IMG/VR virus record: IMGVR_UViG_3300020460_000012
Origin: a virus
Taxonomy: Duplodnaviria; Caudoviricetes
Length of the DNA stretch: 64,000 nucleotides
Direction: 5' to 3' (one strand)
The notes under the pieces are model-generated. The model was not told the origin of the DNA and did not search any database. It saw only the letters and a program-made list of their open reading frames with translations. The position numbers and the translations under genes were made by a program. Position 1 is the first letter of the stretch; each line of letters starts with the position of its first letter. Below are positions 48,501 to 57,594 of this stretch, piece after piece.

Positions 48501-50296
48501 GTTAACTCTCTTGTGCGTACATTGCCTCCGTGACTCAAATCATAAACAAGTGCATCAACTAATCTACCAACAAATTGCATCCATGTTGCCTTAGTATATG
48601 TGAACGAACCTGTATATGGACTTGTGTTATTTGCTATTCCGTGATCTACGAATTCAACAGCATCGTGCATTATGTAACTTCTATTAATGTGTAACAGTCT
48701 CTTCGCCGCAGGACGCTGTGCTCCGTCCCATAATTGCTGTGTTGCATATTGTATTGTTTTCCACGGACGATCTAAAGTAAGTCCGTATGCACTCGCTGGA
48801 CTATCTACTCCAGCAGTAGGATGTACATAATAAACATTGTTTAGCCTACCAAAGTAACCCCATTCTGGTGCATTACCAGCGGCATTTACTTTAAGTACTT
48901 GTCCTTCAGCACCAATTGGTAATCTTGTAGGACCTGCACCACTATAGTAAACTAAATCACCTTGTGTAGTTAAGTTGCCTGATTCTGCACCTGCGACTAA
49001 TGCATTCCAGTACACACCGCCTGTGTCATTGTCTGGACGTTTAGCTGTATCAGATGTGTGAGCTAAAATACAAACATAGCTGTTAACACCATATCTAATA
49101 GAATCACCTTTATCATATAGTGTAGCTGTTGCCCATGCATTTTTCCATTTAAATCCTTCGTTAAGGAGTTCCCAGTATGTTCCGTTAGGTGGTCTTTGTC
49201 CTGTATGATCTTGTATACATAGATATGTAAATCCGCCTAGTCGTACTACATCACCTACTCTATATTCTTCTGCAGAACTATCATCTCCCCAATCTTGGGC
49301 ATGTTTGAATCCTGTAGTAAATAAAGACCAGTCTGTTGAATTTGCTGGTGGATGACCTTGACCAACGTTATTTGTTTTAGAAACATATGAATAACCGCCG
49401 TAAGTAACAAAGTCGCCTGGTTGATATGTTGTTGTACCACTCCAACTATCTTCAAATTCTAAACCTTCAACAAACTGTGACCATTTATTTTCGTCGGCTG
49501 CAAAAGTAGATTGGCTTGTGTGATAAGTGATACAAATCCATGTGCCGCCGCCATACTTAACAATGTCATTTATTTTGTATCGTGTATTCGTTGACCAGTC
49601 TGTTTTGTATTCTAATCCTTTGTTTAGATAGTCCCATTTACTTTGATCATTTTCTAAACCTAAACCTACAGAAGCCGCTGACGTGTGTCCTTGATTACAG
49701 ACATATACTTGTCCGCCATAACGTACTATGTCATTTACGACATATCTAGTATTAATGTTCCAATCATTTTTCCAGTAAAATCCTTCAGAAAATATATTCC
49801 ATTTTGCTTGGTCATTTTCTAGTCCTAAAGTAGTTGTACTTGCAGATGTATGAGCAGTTACACAAGTATAAATTGTACCGTTATACTTTACAATATCGTT
49901 TACTTTATATCTTGTATTAATACTCCAATCAGCTTTGTAATCAAAACCTTCAGCAAATAAGTCCCAGCTTCCTTGATTAGCTTCTAATCCTAAAGTAGCA
50001 GTAGCGGCAGAAGTATGCTCTGCATTTGCTATATATAGATATCCTCCATATTTTACTATGTCGTTAATTTTGTAAAGAGTGCTTGTAGACCAGTTACCTT
50101 TCCACTCAGTTCCATCGGAAATTTTATTCCAATTAGTTGCTTGGTTAGTAGAAAATAGTGCTGGAGCAGTATGCCCTTTAATACAAATATATGTATTACC
50201 GCCATTTCTAACAATATCATCTTTGTAGTAGGTCGTGGAAGCTGTCCAATTATTCTTCCATATAAACCTAATTCTACCTAATTTAAATTCAGCCAT
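45524..50296 (-). CDS. Large fibre protein with N-terminal Trp-rich carbohydrate-binding-like repeats
   Basis: About ten W..W...T.Y...D.V.Y.G..Y.C...HT repeats; GDELRS and YSQVRLTGHDFLDVG blocks. Confidence 0.7.
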   Translation of the reverse strand: MAEFKLGRIRFIWKNNWTASTTYYKDDIVRNGGNTYICIKGHTAPALFSTNQATNWNKISDGTEWKGNWSTSTLYKINDIVKYGGYLYIANAEHTSAATATLGLEANQGSWDLFAEGFDYKADWSINTRYKVNDIVKYNGTIYTCVTAHTSASTTTLGLENDQAKWNIFSEGFYWKNDWNINTRYVVNDIVRYGGQVYVCNQGHTSAASVGLGLENDQSKWDYLNKGLEYKTDWSTNTRYKINDIVKYGGGTWICITYHTSQSTFAADENKWSQFVEGLEFEDSWSGTTTYQPGDFVTYGGYSYVSKTNNVGQGHPPANSTDWSLFTTGFKHAQDWGDDSSAEEYRVGDVVRLGGFTYLCIQDHTGQRPPNGTYWELLNEGFKWKNAWATATLYDKGDSIRYGVNSYVCILAHTSDTAKRPDNDTGGVYWNALVAGAESGNLTTQGDLVYYSGAGPTRLPIGAEGQVLKVNAAGNAPEWGYFGRLNNVYYVHPTAGVDSPASAYGLTLDRPWKTIQYATQQLWDGAQRPAAKRLLHINRSYIMHDAVEFVDHGIANNTSPYTGSFTYTKATWMQFVGRLVDALVYDLSHGGNVRTRELTTAIHADATITGKITEFNAMIARVLVVADAVLSNAAPASDYQTLQGSVTATQQTDTNYTEESDDLSTATSLANILTAAVTAGNTTNMASAVIPNNSLYIKSGTFQETLPILCPANTALIGDELRSTKIQPAGQQTQATDVPKSIAAIQRLKAIISDIVTNGSVTKSAGNAETQVTSRPAGSSAAGTAATALFQELEDYIDYRVNGVTGDSTVPTTRGTNTPTYDTGYRYAIEAIEANRTFLVAEVHAYIAVQYPSYTYTIAACTRDVNRYIDAMKYDLEYTGNWRMINAALLYSNSVSGSSTENMFFMRNGSGLRNCTVSGLSGTLGSANSYGTKRPSAGAYISLDPGYGPADTDAHILTRSPYIQNVTTFGTGCIGLKIDGDLHDGGNDSIVANDFTQIISDGIGAWVTNLGRAELVSVFSYYAHIGYLSENGGKIRATNGNSSYGDFGCVAEGIDSTETAVTGKVTNQSTEAKIENIVTDKNQILFFEYLNAGVSYADGDTTTTIVGGNNDAAISAENVYNGAVYQVRLTDPSSDLGGAGYVTATNNAQVGTATQITLSNTDTATNAMYAGMAIWIVSGTGAGQYAYINTYDSGTKVATVLKNSDGTAGWDSVYGAGIVSALDATTEYIIEPRVVFSGGGVSAYADIAKARAKIEDGKVTQIKIWHPGSGYSSTPTMTLTDPNNTVDVPHTVRTGSGVLGQPTFSNRGTGYTTATATVASANGYADNYQPGQYVKVKNLTETPVQGANVEIAGIAGKWYKLVGVTQVTGSAGNYEALLQVSPDITVTEAPEHDEGITIRRRYSQVRLTGHDFLDVGTGNTTTTNYPGTPSTPADQTDETKDFGGGRVFYTSTDQDGNFRVGELFSVEQSTGRATLNADAFNVSGLQELQLGEISLGGTSATITEFSTDGTFTANSDSIVPTQRAIKTYIASQIGGGAGELNVNSITAGQVNITGQTISHTTNQEINITAQVNYTGGVSGSPVALNMFINA

Positions 50297-50329
50297 TTAG
50301 CACTCCATAAACCTTATATATATTTATCA

Positions 50330-53300
50330 TTATATGTTTGTCCTATCATTTCCGCTATCAGCACCATGAGTAAAGTATTGCATTGCCGCTATTGATCCTT
50401 TAGTAGGTTTATCATGATGTCCTCTAGCAGTTAAATGTATCATATTACTAGTAGTTGACATAGTGTCTGCTGTAACACTAATTGAACCCGACACAAGTTT
50501 GTTAGTGTTTGCATTACTACTACCACCTGATACTCTTGATTGCAAATATTTTCCTATTGCTCTTTGTGTAGGTACAATAGTATTTGCATTAGCAATAAAT
50601 GTAGGCTCTTTCGAAAATTCGTTAATTATAACTTGTGTTCCACCTACTACAATTCCGCCTAGTGTTAGCTGTGTCAATCCAGTTAAAGTAAAGTAAGAAG
50701 CATTAAGTGTAATAATACCTGTATCTTGTTCAACTTTAAATTGTTCACCAACTCTAAAGTTACCGTCTTGGTCTGTCGAAGTATAAAATACTCTACCAGC
50801 ATTAGCTTCTCTTACTTCGTTTTGTTGTTGTGGATCGTTTGTAGCATTATAGCCTTCTACATATCTATTAGGATAATCTGTGTCTCCTATGTTACCAGAA
50901 CCAACATCTAAGAAATCATGTCCTGTCAATCTAACTTGACTGTACTGTTGACGTATAGTAATAGCAGTATTATGCTCAGGCGATTCTGCTCTACCTAGTG
51001 TAGGACTTATAGTCAGTGTTAGATTATAATTTCCTGAACTTCCTGATTGTGCATCGATGCTAGAAACTTTATAGTCAACATCGTTTATTCCGCTTATTAC
51101 TAAGTTATCGCCTGGTCCGGGAACTAAACTTACTCCTTTTAGTTTTAATGTGCCTCCTATTTGGAAACTATCTGCATGACCAAAACCTGCTATTGTACAA
51201 GAAGCAGTAATGTAAGAAGTACCTCTGTTACCAAATACTGGTTGAGGAAGAACGCCATCGTTTATTCTTGCTACTTGTACAGAATTAATTGTTGCTTGTG
51301 GATCATAAACTGTCACTGTTGGAGCCGAAGCGTAATCACTGCCAGGTTCATATACAAAAAACTCGTTAATTTTATCTGACTTAACTACTGCTCTAGCAAA
51401 CGGTTTCGCTCCCCAACCTGTGACTAGGTTCCAATTAGCATTATTGTCTGCAATTACTACCCAATTATTTAATGCTGTACTGTATCCTGCTCCTGACCAA
51501 CTTGCACTTTCTGTTGCAAGGTAATCAGAACTATCATCACTTGTAATTCTCCATACAACTCCGTCTTGTGACTTTGCTAATTGATTACCTGTACCTATGG
51601 CCATAAATGTTCCGCCACTTGATTTGCCATCTACTATACCTGATTGTCCTTTGTGTCCTTCACTGTAAAAAATTCTTGTAAAGTCAGTAGAGCCCGGTAT
51701 ACTGTATTCATACCAATATATTCCATCAAAACTTATTGCTGTTTTAGTTTCTGTGCTTACATCACCCGGGTCTATAGCAACAAATCTACCATTACCAAAA
51801 ATGACGTCAGTGTAACCAACAGGTAATCTTCCTGTTGCTCCTGCGTCATATTGAGTAGACAAACCTGATGAGAATCTAGTAGTGTTAATTGCAACACCTC
51901 CTTTTGAACCTGTGTTTAAATAAACAAATGTTCCATCTGGACCTCCTACACCTGGACCGTATGCGACCTTAGTATAACTGTATAGTGCCGAATCATTTGA
52001 TGCATTAGTTGGCGTATGGTATTGATAGCTTCCAAAATTATTACCTGAGTACCAAACTCTATAATTACCAAAAGCAAATCCTGTACGCTGATTTGTATCA
52101 CCTGGTATAATTGCGCCATCTTTTAATTCAACCCCTGCCATATTTGCAGTATAAGAAGGTAAACTAGTTGCATGTGATTTTGCCGCTACACCGAATTGAT
52201 ATATTGTCCCTGCACCTCCTGAGCCTCCGTTGTCTTCCGCAAAAATTAATACTTGACTACCCCAAGAATCATATTGCACTGCGACTACATCCTTCCCTGT
52301 AAATCTCACTGCTGGAGTACTCCATGTAATTCCGTCTGCTGAATGTGAAGTATACGTATCTCCAGCACCACCTGCTGTTACAGCTACAAAGCAACTTCCA
52401 GCATCGAACCATATTACCTCTTTCCATATTGTACTACTTGGTGCAGTAATCTGTGTAGCAGTTAATGGATGATCACTAAATGTAACTCTTGGTTCAATAC
52501 TGTATCTTGTATTTGTGCCTAGTAATGTTTCAATAGGCCAACCTGGATTTATATGATCCCATCCTGCTGAACCGTCTGATTCTCTACTTACTTGTGCAAC
52601 TTTAGATACATCGTTATAACTAGAAATATATCCATATTGACCTACACCTACACCAGAATTAATAAAAATTCTCATGCCATTGTATTTTGACGGACTACCG
52701 TCTGTATCTGCGGCCGCTAAAGTAATACTTGTTGCATCACCGCCTTGAGCATTATTCAATTTATATTGATAATTATTTCCGCCTGCCGCACTTGAATCAC
52801 CAGGGTCTAGCAATCTAATTTCAGATACTGCGCCATCTCTAGTTTCTTCGTATGTAGCTGTTGCATTTACACCTTGTCCAGCAAAAGTAACTGTTGAAGC
52901 GTTTGATCCGCTTGCTTTATTTTTATAAGTTCTACCTGCATTTTTATATTCTAATGCTAGTATCATATTTTGATTATCAGTTATAACATTTGCACTTGCT
53001 TCTGAAGCTTGGTTATCCACATTTCCTGTTATTGCTGTTTCAGTTGTATCATATCCTTCTGCTACACTTCCAAATGTTCCATATGAGTTATTACCATTTG
53101 TTGCACGTAGTTTTCCACCTTCATCTGCCAAATAACCTATATGACAATAATATGTGAATACACTTACTAATTCTGATCTACCGTTATTTGTTGCCCAGTA
53201 CCCTATACCATCGCTTATTATTTGTGTAAAATCATTTGCAACAATTGATTTGTAACCTGAATTATGTAATGCTCCATCTATTTTTAATCCTACACATCCT

Positions 53301-55255
53301 GTGCCAAATGTTGTAATGTTTTGTATGTATGGAGACTTACTTGTAATATGCGTATTAGTATCACTTATTCCTGTGCCTGGGTCTAGACTTACATATGCTC
53401 CTGCATTTGGACGCTTTGTACCGTATGCATTAACTGTGCCTAAAGTACCAGTCAATCCTTGCAAAGTCATGTTACGCATGCCTGCTCCATTGCTAACGTA
53501 AAACATGTTATTTGCTTCACGTCCTGCCGCAGGTTGCACTGTAACACTTCTAAGTTCGTCTCCTACTAATGTTGTTTCTTTTGGAATTGATATCGGGGTA
53601 AGCTCGTCATAATATCCAGCTGTTACAAATACAGTTGCTGGAGCCCTATTTGCCCAGTCTGCATTAATATAATCACATGCATATTTTATTGTTCTAAAAG
53701 GAGCGTTGACTGTTGTTCCGCTGTTAGCACTATCAACACCAGTTACACCAACGTAATAAACTTTTGATACAGGTCCATAGTCTTGCCATATTGTGTTATT
53801 ACTTACGGCCTTTAATGTCGCACCTGGAGCACCAATAGCTAGTCTAGTAGTCTGTGATGCATCTCTTACACGTATATCTCCATCTGTTGTTAAAACGTTC
53901 CCGTCAATACCTGCAAGCATTAATTGCCAATAGTTTTCATGTTCGTTAGCCATGTCAAGATCAGGTCTGTTGTCAGATTCTGTACCAGCATGTCTTGCTA
54001 TACAATAGTATGCACTTCCGTCATAAGTTACAATATCTCCTACATAGTATTGTACATTATCAACCCAATCACTTTTCCATTTGTGTCCAGGCACTAATAT
54101 TTGCCACTTTGCAGAGCTATCTGGATATTCTGATATAGAATTAGTTACACAAATATACAAATAACCACCGTTTCTAACTACATCACCTGTGTAGTATTGT
54201 GTGACATGATTGTACTCACCTTGATGTTTGTAACCTTCTTTTGTAAGCTCCCAGTCTCCTGTATCTTGTAATTTTCCGTTTACACTAGGTACACTACCTA
54301 AATTGTTTTGTAAACAAGTATAAACATAACCGCCATATAAAACTATATCGCCTTTTTGATATTCAGTTGCTTGATTCCATAATAGTTCATAACCAAAACC
54401 GGGTAACCAAACAGACCAATAACTACTTGCTTCATCAGTTCTAAACAAAGCACTTGCTGTATGACCTACTAGACATTTCCAAATAGTTTCACCATATTTG
54501 ACTAAATCATTTTTTCTATACCTAGTGCCTGTTGTCCATTCTACTTTATATTCAAATTGATCTAATACTACTTCCCATTTAGGTAGATCTGCTTCAAGTC
54601 CTCCACTTTCACCTGCATTAGAAGTATGATATACTGTACAACGATATACTATACCATTATACCTAACAACATCGTCTACCATATATCTTGTGTTTACAGT
54701 CCAATCTGCACGCCAATTATCTGATCTTGCTACTATTTCCCAACTTATCTGATCTTGTTCTAAGCCATCGGTTACGTTTGAGGCAGATGTATGTTTTGCT
54801 ATACAACGATAGGTTATACCATTGTAAATTACTATGTCTCCTAGATCGTAGAAAAATCCTGTAGTCCAAGTATTTGTCCAATTATCAGTCGTTGCAACAA
54901 TGGTCCATTTACTATAGTCTGTATGTGGACCTTGTGAGGTCACTACGTTAGAAGTATGAGCTTCGATACATCTGTAAACATATCCTTCCCATTTTATAAT
55001 TTCGCCTACACTGTAGTATGTGTTATTGACCCAGTCTCCTCTCCACATCATGCCGTCAAGCATAAGTTCCCATTTTGGAGTTGCATGATTTAAATCTGTA
55101 TAAAATCCAGTAGCTACTGCTTGCGAAGTATGTCCTACAAGACAAACATATGATTTGCCTTGATAGATTACTATATCATCTTTTCTATATACTGTAGAAA
55201 TTGCCCAGATATTTTTCCATCTAAACCTAATTCTATCAATATTAAATTCTGCCAT
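50330..55255 (-). CDS. Large fibre protein, paralog of 45524-50296
   Basis: MAEFNIDRIRFRW start, same repeats, GDELRS, YGTKRP.AGAY.SLDPG, YSQVRLTGHDFLDVG, GRVFYTSTDQDGNFRVGE. Confidence 0.7.
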   Translation of the reverse strand: MAEFNIDRIRFRWKNIWAISTVYRKDDIVIYQGKSYVCLVGHTSQAVATGFYTDLNHATPKWELMLDGMMWRGDWVNNTYYSVGEIIKWEGYVYRCIEAHTSNVVTSQGPHTDYSKWTIVATTDNWTNTWTTGFFYDLGDIVIYNGITYRCIAKHTSASNVTDGLEQDQISWEIVARSDNWRADWTVNTRYMVDDVVRYNGIVYRCTVYHTSNAGESGGLEADLPKWEVVLDQFEYKVEWTTGTRYRKNDLVKYGETIWKCLVGHTASALFRTDEASSYWSVWLPGFGYELLWNQATEYQKGDIVLYGGYVYTCLQNNLGSVPSVNGKLQDTGDWELTKEGYKHQGEYNHVTQYYTGDVVRNGGYLYICVTNSISEYPDSSAKWQILVPGHKWKSDWVDNVQYYVGDIVTYDGSAYYCIARHAGTESDNRPDLDMANEHENYWQLMLAGIDGNVLTTDGDIRVRDASQTTRLAIGAPGATLKAVSNNTIWQDYGPVSKVYYVGVTGVDSANSGTTVNAPFRTIKYACDYINADWANRAPATVFVTAGYYDELTPISIPKETTLVGDELRSVTVQPAAGREANNMFYVSNGAGMRNMTLQGLTGTLGTVNAYGTKRPNAGAYVSLDPGTGISDTNTHITSKSPYIQNITTFGTGCVGLKIDGALHNSGYKSIVANDFTQIISDGIGYWATNNGRSELVSVFTYYCHIGYLADEGGKLRATNGNNSYGTFGSVAEGYDTTETAITGNVDNQASEASANVITDNQNMILALEYKNAGRTYKNKASGSNASTVTFAGQGVNATATYEETRDGAVSEIRLLDPGDSSAAGGNNYQYKLNNAQGGDATSITLAAADTDGSPSKYNGMRIFINSGVGVGQYGYISSYNDVSKVAQVSRESDGSAGWDHINPGWPIETLLGTNTRYSIEPRVTFSDHPLTATQITAPSSTIWKEVIWFDAGSCFVAVTAGGAGDTYTSHSADGITWSTPAVRFTGKDVVAVQYDSWGSQVLIFAEDNGGSGGAGTIYQFGVAAKSHATSLPSYTANMAGVELKDGAIIPGDTNQRTGFAFGNYRVWYSGNNFGSYQYHTPTNASNDSALYSYTKVAYGPGVGGPDGTFVYLNTGSKGGVAINTTRFSSGLSTQYDAGATGRLPVGYTDVIFGNGRFVAIDPGDVSTETKTAISFDGIYWYEYSIPGSTDFTRIFYSEGHKGQSGIVDGKSSGGTFMAIGTGNQLAKSQDGVVWRITSDDSSDYLATESASWSGAGYSTALNNWVVIADNNANWNLVTGWGAKPFARAVVKSDKINEFFVYEPGSDYASAPTVTVYDPQATINSVQVARINDGVLPQPVFGNRGTSYITASCTIAGFGHADSFQIGGTLKLKGVSLVPGPGDNLVISGINDVDYKVSSIDAQSGSSGNYNLTLTISPTLGRAESPEHNTAITIRQQYSQVRLTGHDFLDVGSGNIGDTDYPNRYVEGYNATNDPQQQNEVREANAGRVFYTSTDQDGNFRVGEQFKVEQDTGIITLNASYFTLTGLTQLTLGGIVVGGTQVIINEFSKEPTFIANANTIVPTQRAIGKYLQSRVSGGSSNANTNKLVSGSISVTADTMSTTSNMIHLTARGHHDKPTKGSIAAMQYFTHGADSGNDRTNI

Positions 55256-55268
55256 TAGCTTTTCCTAC

Positions 55269-55646
55269 CTAGTATGTTATCTCACCGCTAGATGATGCAC
55301 CATCATCGTATGTGTGATCTTCGTTTACTCTTACACAAAGTTCTCCTTCAGCATTAATATAATACCAAATATCTCTGTCATCGTGTTTAAATTGTTCATA
55401 ATTTAAATTTTCATATACTAAATTATGATTATAATCTCTTCCTTCAAAAAATTCTTGCCCTTCTTCAAAATTAGGATAGTTATCTGTTGGGTCTCCAATT
55501 TTGTTTATTTGTACTACATCATCTTGTCCAAGCTGATCTACTTTAGCTAAAAATAATTCTCCGTTATCAGTCCTACGCAATCCGTAAAAAAATCTTTTAT
55601 CGCTTTGTGCGTAGTATTGTTCTTGTGAAGCTCCTATATATGCCAT
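55269..55646 (-). CDS. Hypothetical structural-region protein
   Basis: 125 aa, aromatic/acidic, in the operon. Confidence 0.6.
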   Translation of the reverse strand: MAYIGASQEQYYAQSDKRFFYGLRRTDNGELFLAKVDQLGQDDVVQINKIGDPTDNYPNFEEGQEFFEGRDYNHNLVYENLNYEQFKHDDRDIWYYINAEGELCVRVNEDHTYDDGASSSGEITY

Positions 55647-55656
55647 TTATTTTTCC

Positions 55657-55986
55657 TTATACAATATCCACATAACTTAAAACAGCATCAACTGAATTAC
55701 TTTTATTTGACTGTAATAACAATGTATTGTTAGGAGCCAAGATTAATTTTTCAGCAGGGCCTAATGGTTTAAGTGTAGACTTTGGTGGTACTAATACATC
55801 TTTTAAGTAATAACCCTCACTACTTGCATCATCACCAATTAAAACGCTTACGCTTACTGCACCAGTAGTAGTATTTGCAAGACTTATACCAATTATAGTC
55901 GAACGTGTACTAGCATTAGTTTCTATTGCTACTATCTTCATTGTTCCTATGTCTTTTACTACTTTATTTTTAAACGTTGTTGCCAT
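55657..55986 (-). CDS. Small beta-sandwich virion protein
   Basis: 109 aa, LKDVLVPP...L...EKLILAP. Confidence 0.6.
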   Translation of the reverse strand: MATTFKNKVVKDIGTMKIVAIETNASTRSTIIGISLANTTTGAVSVSVLIGDDASSEGYYLKDVLVPPKSTLKPLGPAEKLILAPNNTLLLQSNKSNSVDAVLSYVDIV

Positions 55987-55990
55987 TATA

Positions 55991-57457
55991 TTATCCTAAA
56001 CTTATGACCAATTCTAATGCAATATTTTCAGCATCACCTAATGATATACCTGCACCTGCACCTGCAACTGAACTCCAGCTACCGTCATAAACTTCAACTC
56101 TTGATTCTGCTGTATTATATCTTACCATTCCGATTTCAGGTGCTCCAGGCCTTTGTCCTGATGTACCTACTGGTAAAACAAATCCGCCTGTACCTCCAAA
56201 TTTTACATATCCTGTGCCTGTTTGTAAGAATTCAGTTACACCGCCATTTGTTAAATTTGTAATTGTGTTGTCTTTAATTGCAAGTGTACCATCAAATACA
56301 ACACTACCTGTTCCATTAGCATCTAGATTTAAATCTGTATTAGTTGCGGAAGTACTAACTGTAGAACCATCTATAGTAATATCATCTACTACAACTTTAG
56401 GAGCATTTAATCTAGTGCTGTTAATATCAACTACTGTGCTTCCTGACACATTAAATCTAATAGTATTATCATTTGCACCTGGTGTTAATTCAGCTGTAAT
56501 ATTTGTATTTCCGTCTAAATCTTGAACACCGTTTAATATAATCCAATTAGAGCCGTTATATCCTTCAAAATTGTTATTATCTGTGTTGTATCTTATTTTT
56601 CCTACAGCAGGAGTAGGTCTTTGTGCAGTGGTGCCTGAAGGAATCTTAAAGGATCCTGTACCTGTAATGTTAATGTTTCCGCTACCTGGTGCAAAGGTTA
56701 AATCTGTTGTGCTTGATATAGTTGAATCTTTAAAAGTAAGATCATCTATTACTACGCTACCTGTTCCGTTTGCTCTAAGTTCTAAATCAGCATTTGATAC
56801 ACTTGTTTGTATTACACTTCCTGCAATATTTACATCGCCTATATTTGCTTGATTTGATTGAACATCATTTACATATGCATTATTCCATTTCTTTGTGCTT
56901 GAACCTATATTATATGTATTAGTAGCATCAGGAATAATATTACTAGCAATATCAGCATTGAAAGTTACATTATCTGTATCTGCATCACCAATTGTAATAT
57001 TGCCATTAGCTGTGATATTACCTGTAGCTGTAATATTGCCTTGTACGTTAGTATCTCCTATTATTTCTACAGTACCTACACCATTAGGAACAAACTCTAT
57101 GTTTGCGTTAGACTCATTAGTAGATATAATATTATCTCTTATATCAATCGAATCTATTGTTAATCTCTTGTTGTAAACAACATTATCAGCTGTACCTAAT
57201 ACAAGAGTAGGACTCGTAGAGCTAATAGTATTGCCATTAAATTGCACTGTGCCAATACTGCTTGCACCGCTTACGTTAATTGTTGGAGCTCTTGTAGTTC
57301 CGCCTACATCTAGATCGTACTGAGGGTTTGCGTTGTTTATTCCTACGCGGCTGTTATTTACATCTAAGTAAAGTAAATTCGTCTCAAAAGCTAAGTTAAC
57401 CCCATTTCTAAGTAGGTTAGCTTTTAAGAGCGGACCACTTATGCGACCAATAGCCAT
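55991..57457 (-). CDS. Virion structural/fibre protein
   Basis: GRISGPLLKANLLR start; repeated NGTGSV and P.GT.AQRP....G..RYNT modules. Confidence 0.65.
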   Translation of the reverse strand: MAIGRISGPLLKANLLRNGVNLAFETNLLYLDVNNSRVGINNANPQYDLDVGGTTRAPTINVSGASSIGTVQFNGNTISSTSPTLVLGTADNVVYNKRLTIDSIDIRDNIISTNESNANIEFVPNGVGTVEIIGDTNVQGNITATGNITANGNITIGDADTDNVTFNADIASNIIPDATNTYNIGSSTKKWNNAYVNDVQSNQANIGDVNIAGSVIQTSVSNADLELRANGTGSVVIDDLTFKDSTISSTTDLTFAPGSGNINITGTGSFKIPSGTTAQRPTPAVGKIRYNTDNNNFEGYNGSNWIILNGVQDLDGNTNITAELTPGANDNTIRFNVSGSTVVDINSTRLNAPKVVVDDITIDGSTVSTSATNTDLNLDANGTGSVVFDGTLAIKDNTITNLTNGGVTEFLQTGTGYVKFGGTGGFVLPVGTSGQRPGAPEIGMVRYNTAESRVEVYDGSWSSVAGAGAGISLGDAENIALELVISLG

Positions 57458-57579
57458 CTCTTCTCCTCAATACGGGGATCCTGTCCCTCTAGCCTAGTTT
57501 TCATCCTTTCGGCTCTTTGCCGGCTAACCACAGTTTGACCCTGCAAGTATTGGTCATACGTTGCATTAATAGTATTTAG
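57458..57579 (-). promoter_or_regulatory. Late promoter plus structured 5' leader
   Basis: CTAAATA at 57573-57579, several stems, AGGAG at 57463-57467. Confidence 0.6.
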
Positions 57580-57594
57580 CGATTTTCTGGATAA

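Noticed and set aside
40713-55255. Diversity-generating retroelement or invertible fibre cassette
   Set aside because: No reverse transcriptase, no template/variable repeat pair differing at adenines, no invertase or flanking inverted repeats seen
57460-57570. Twister or hammerhead ribozyme (UAAUGCA, GAAA, GAUGA, AGAGGG fragments)
   Set aside because: No CUGANGA core and no twister AAGC loop or P2 pairing in the right order; kept only as an unassigned structured leader
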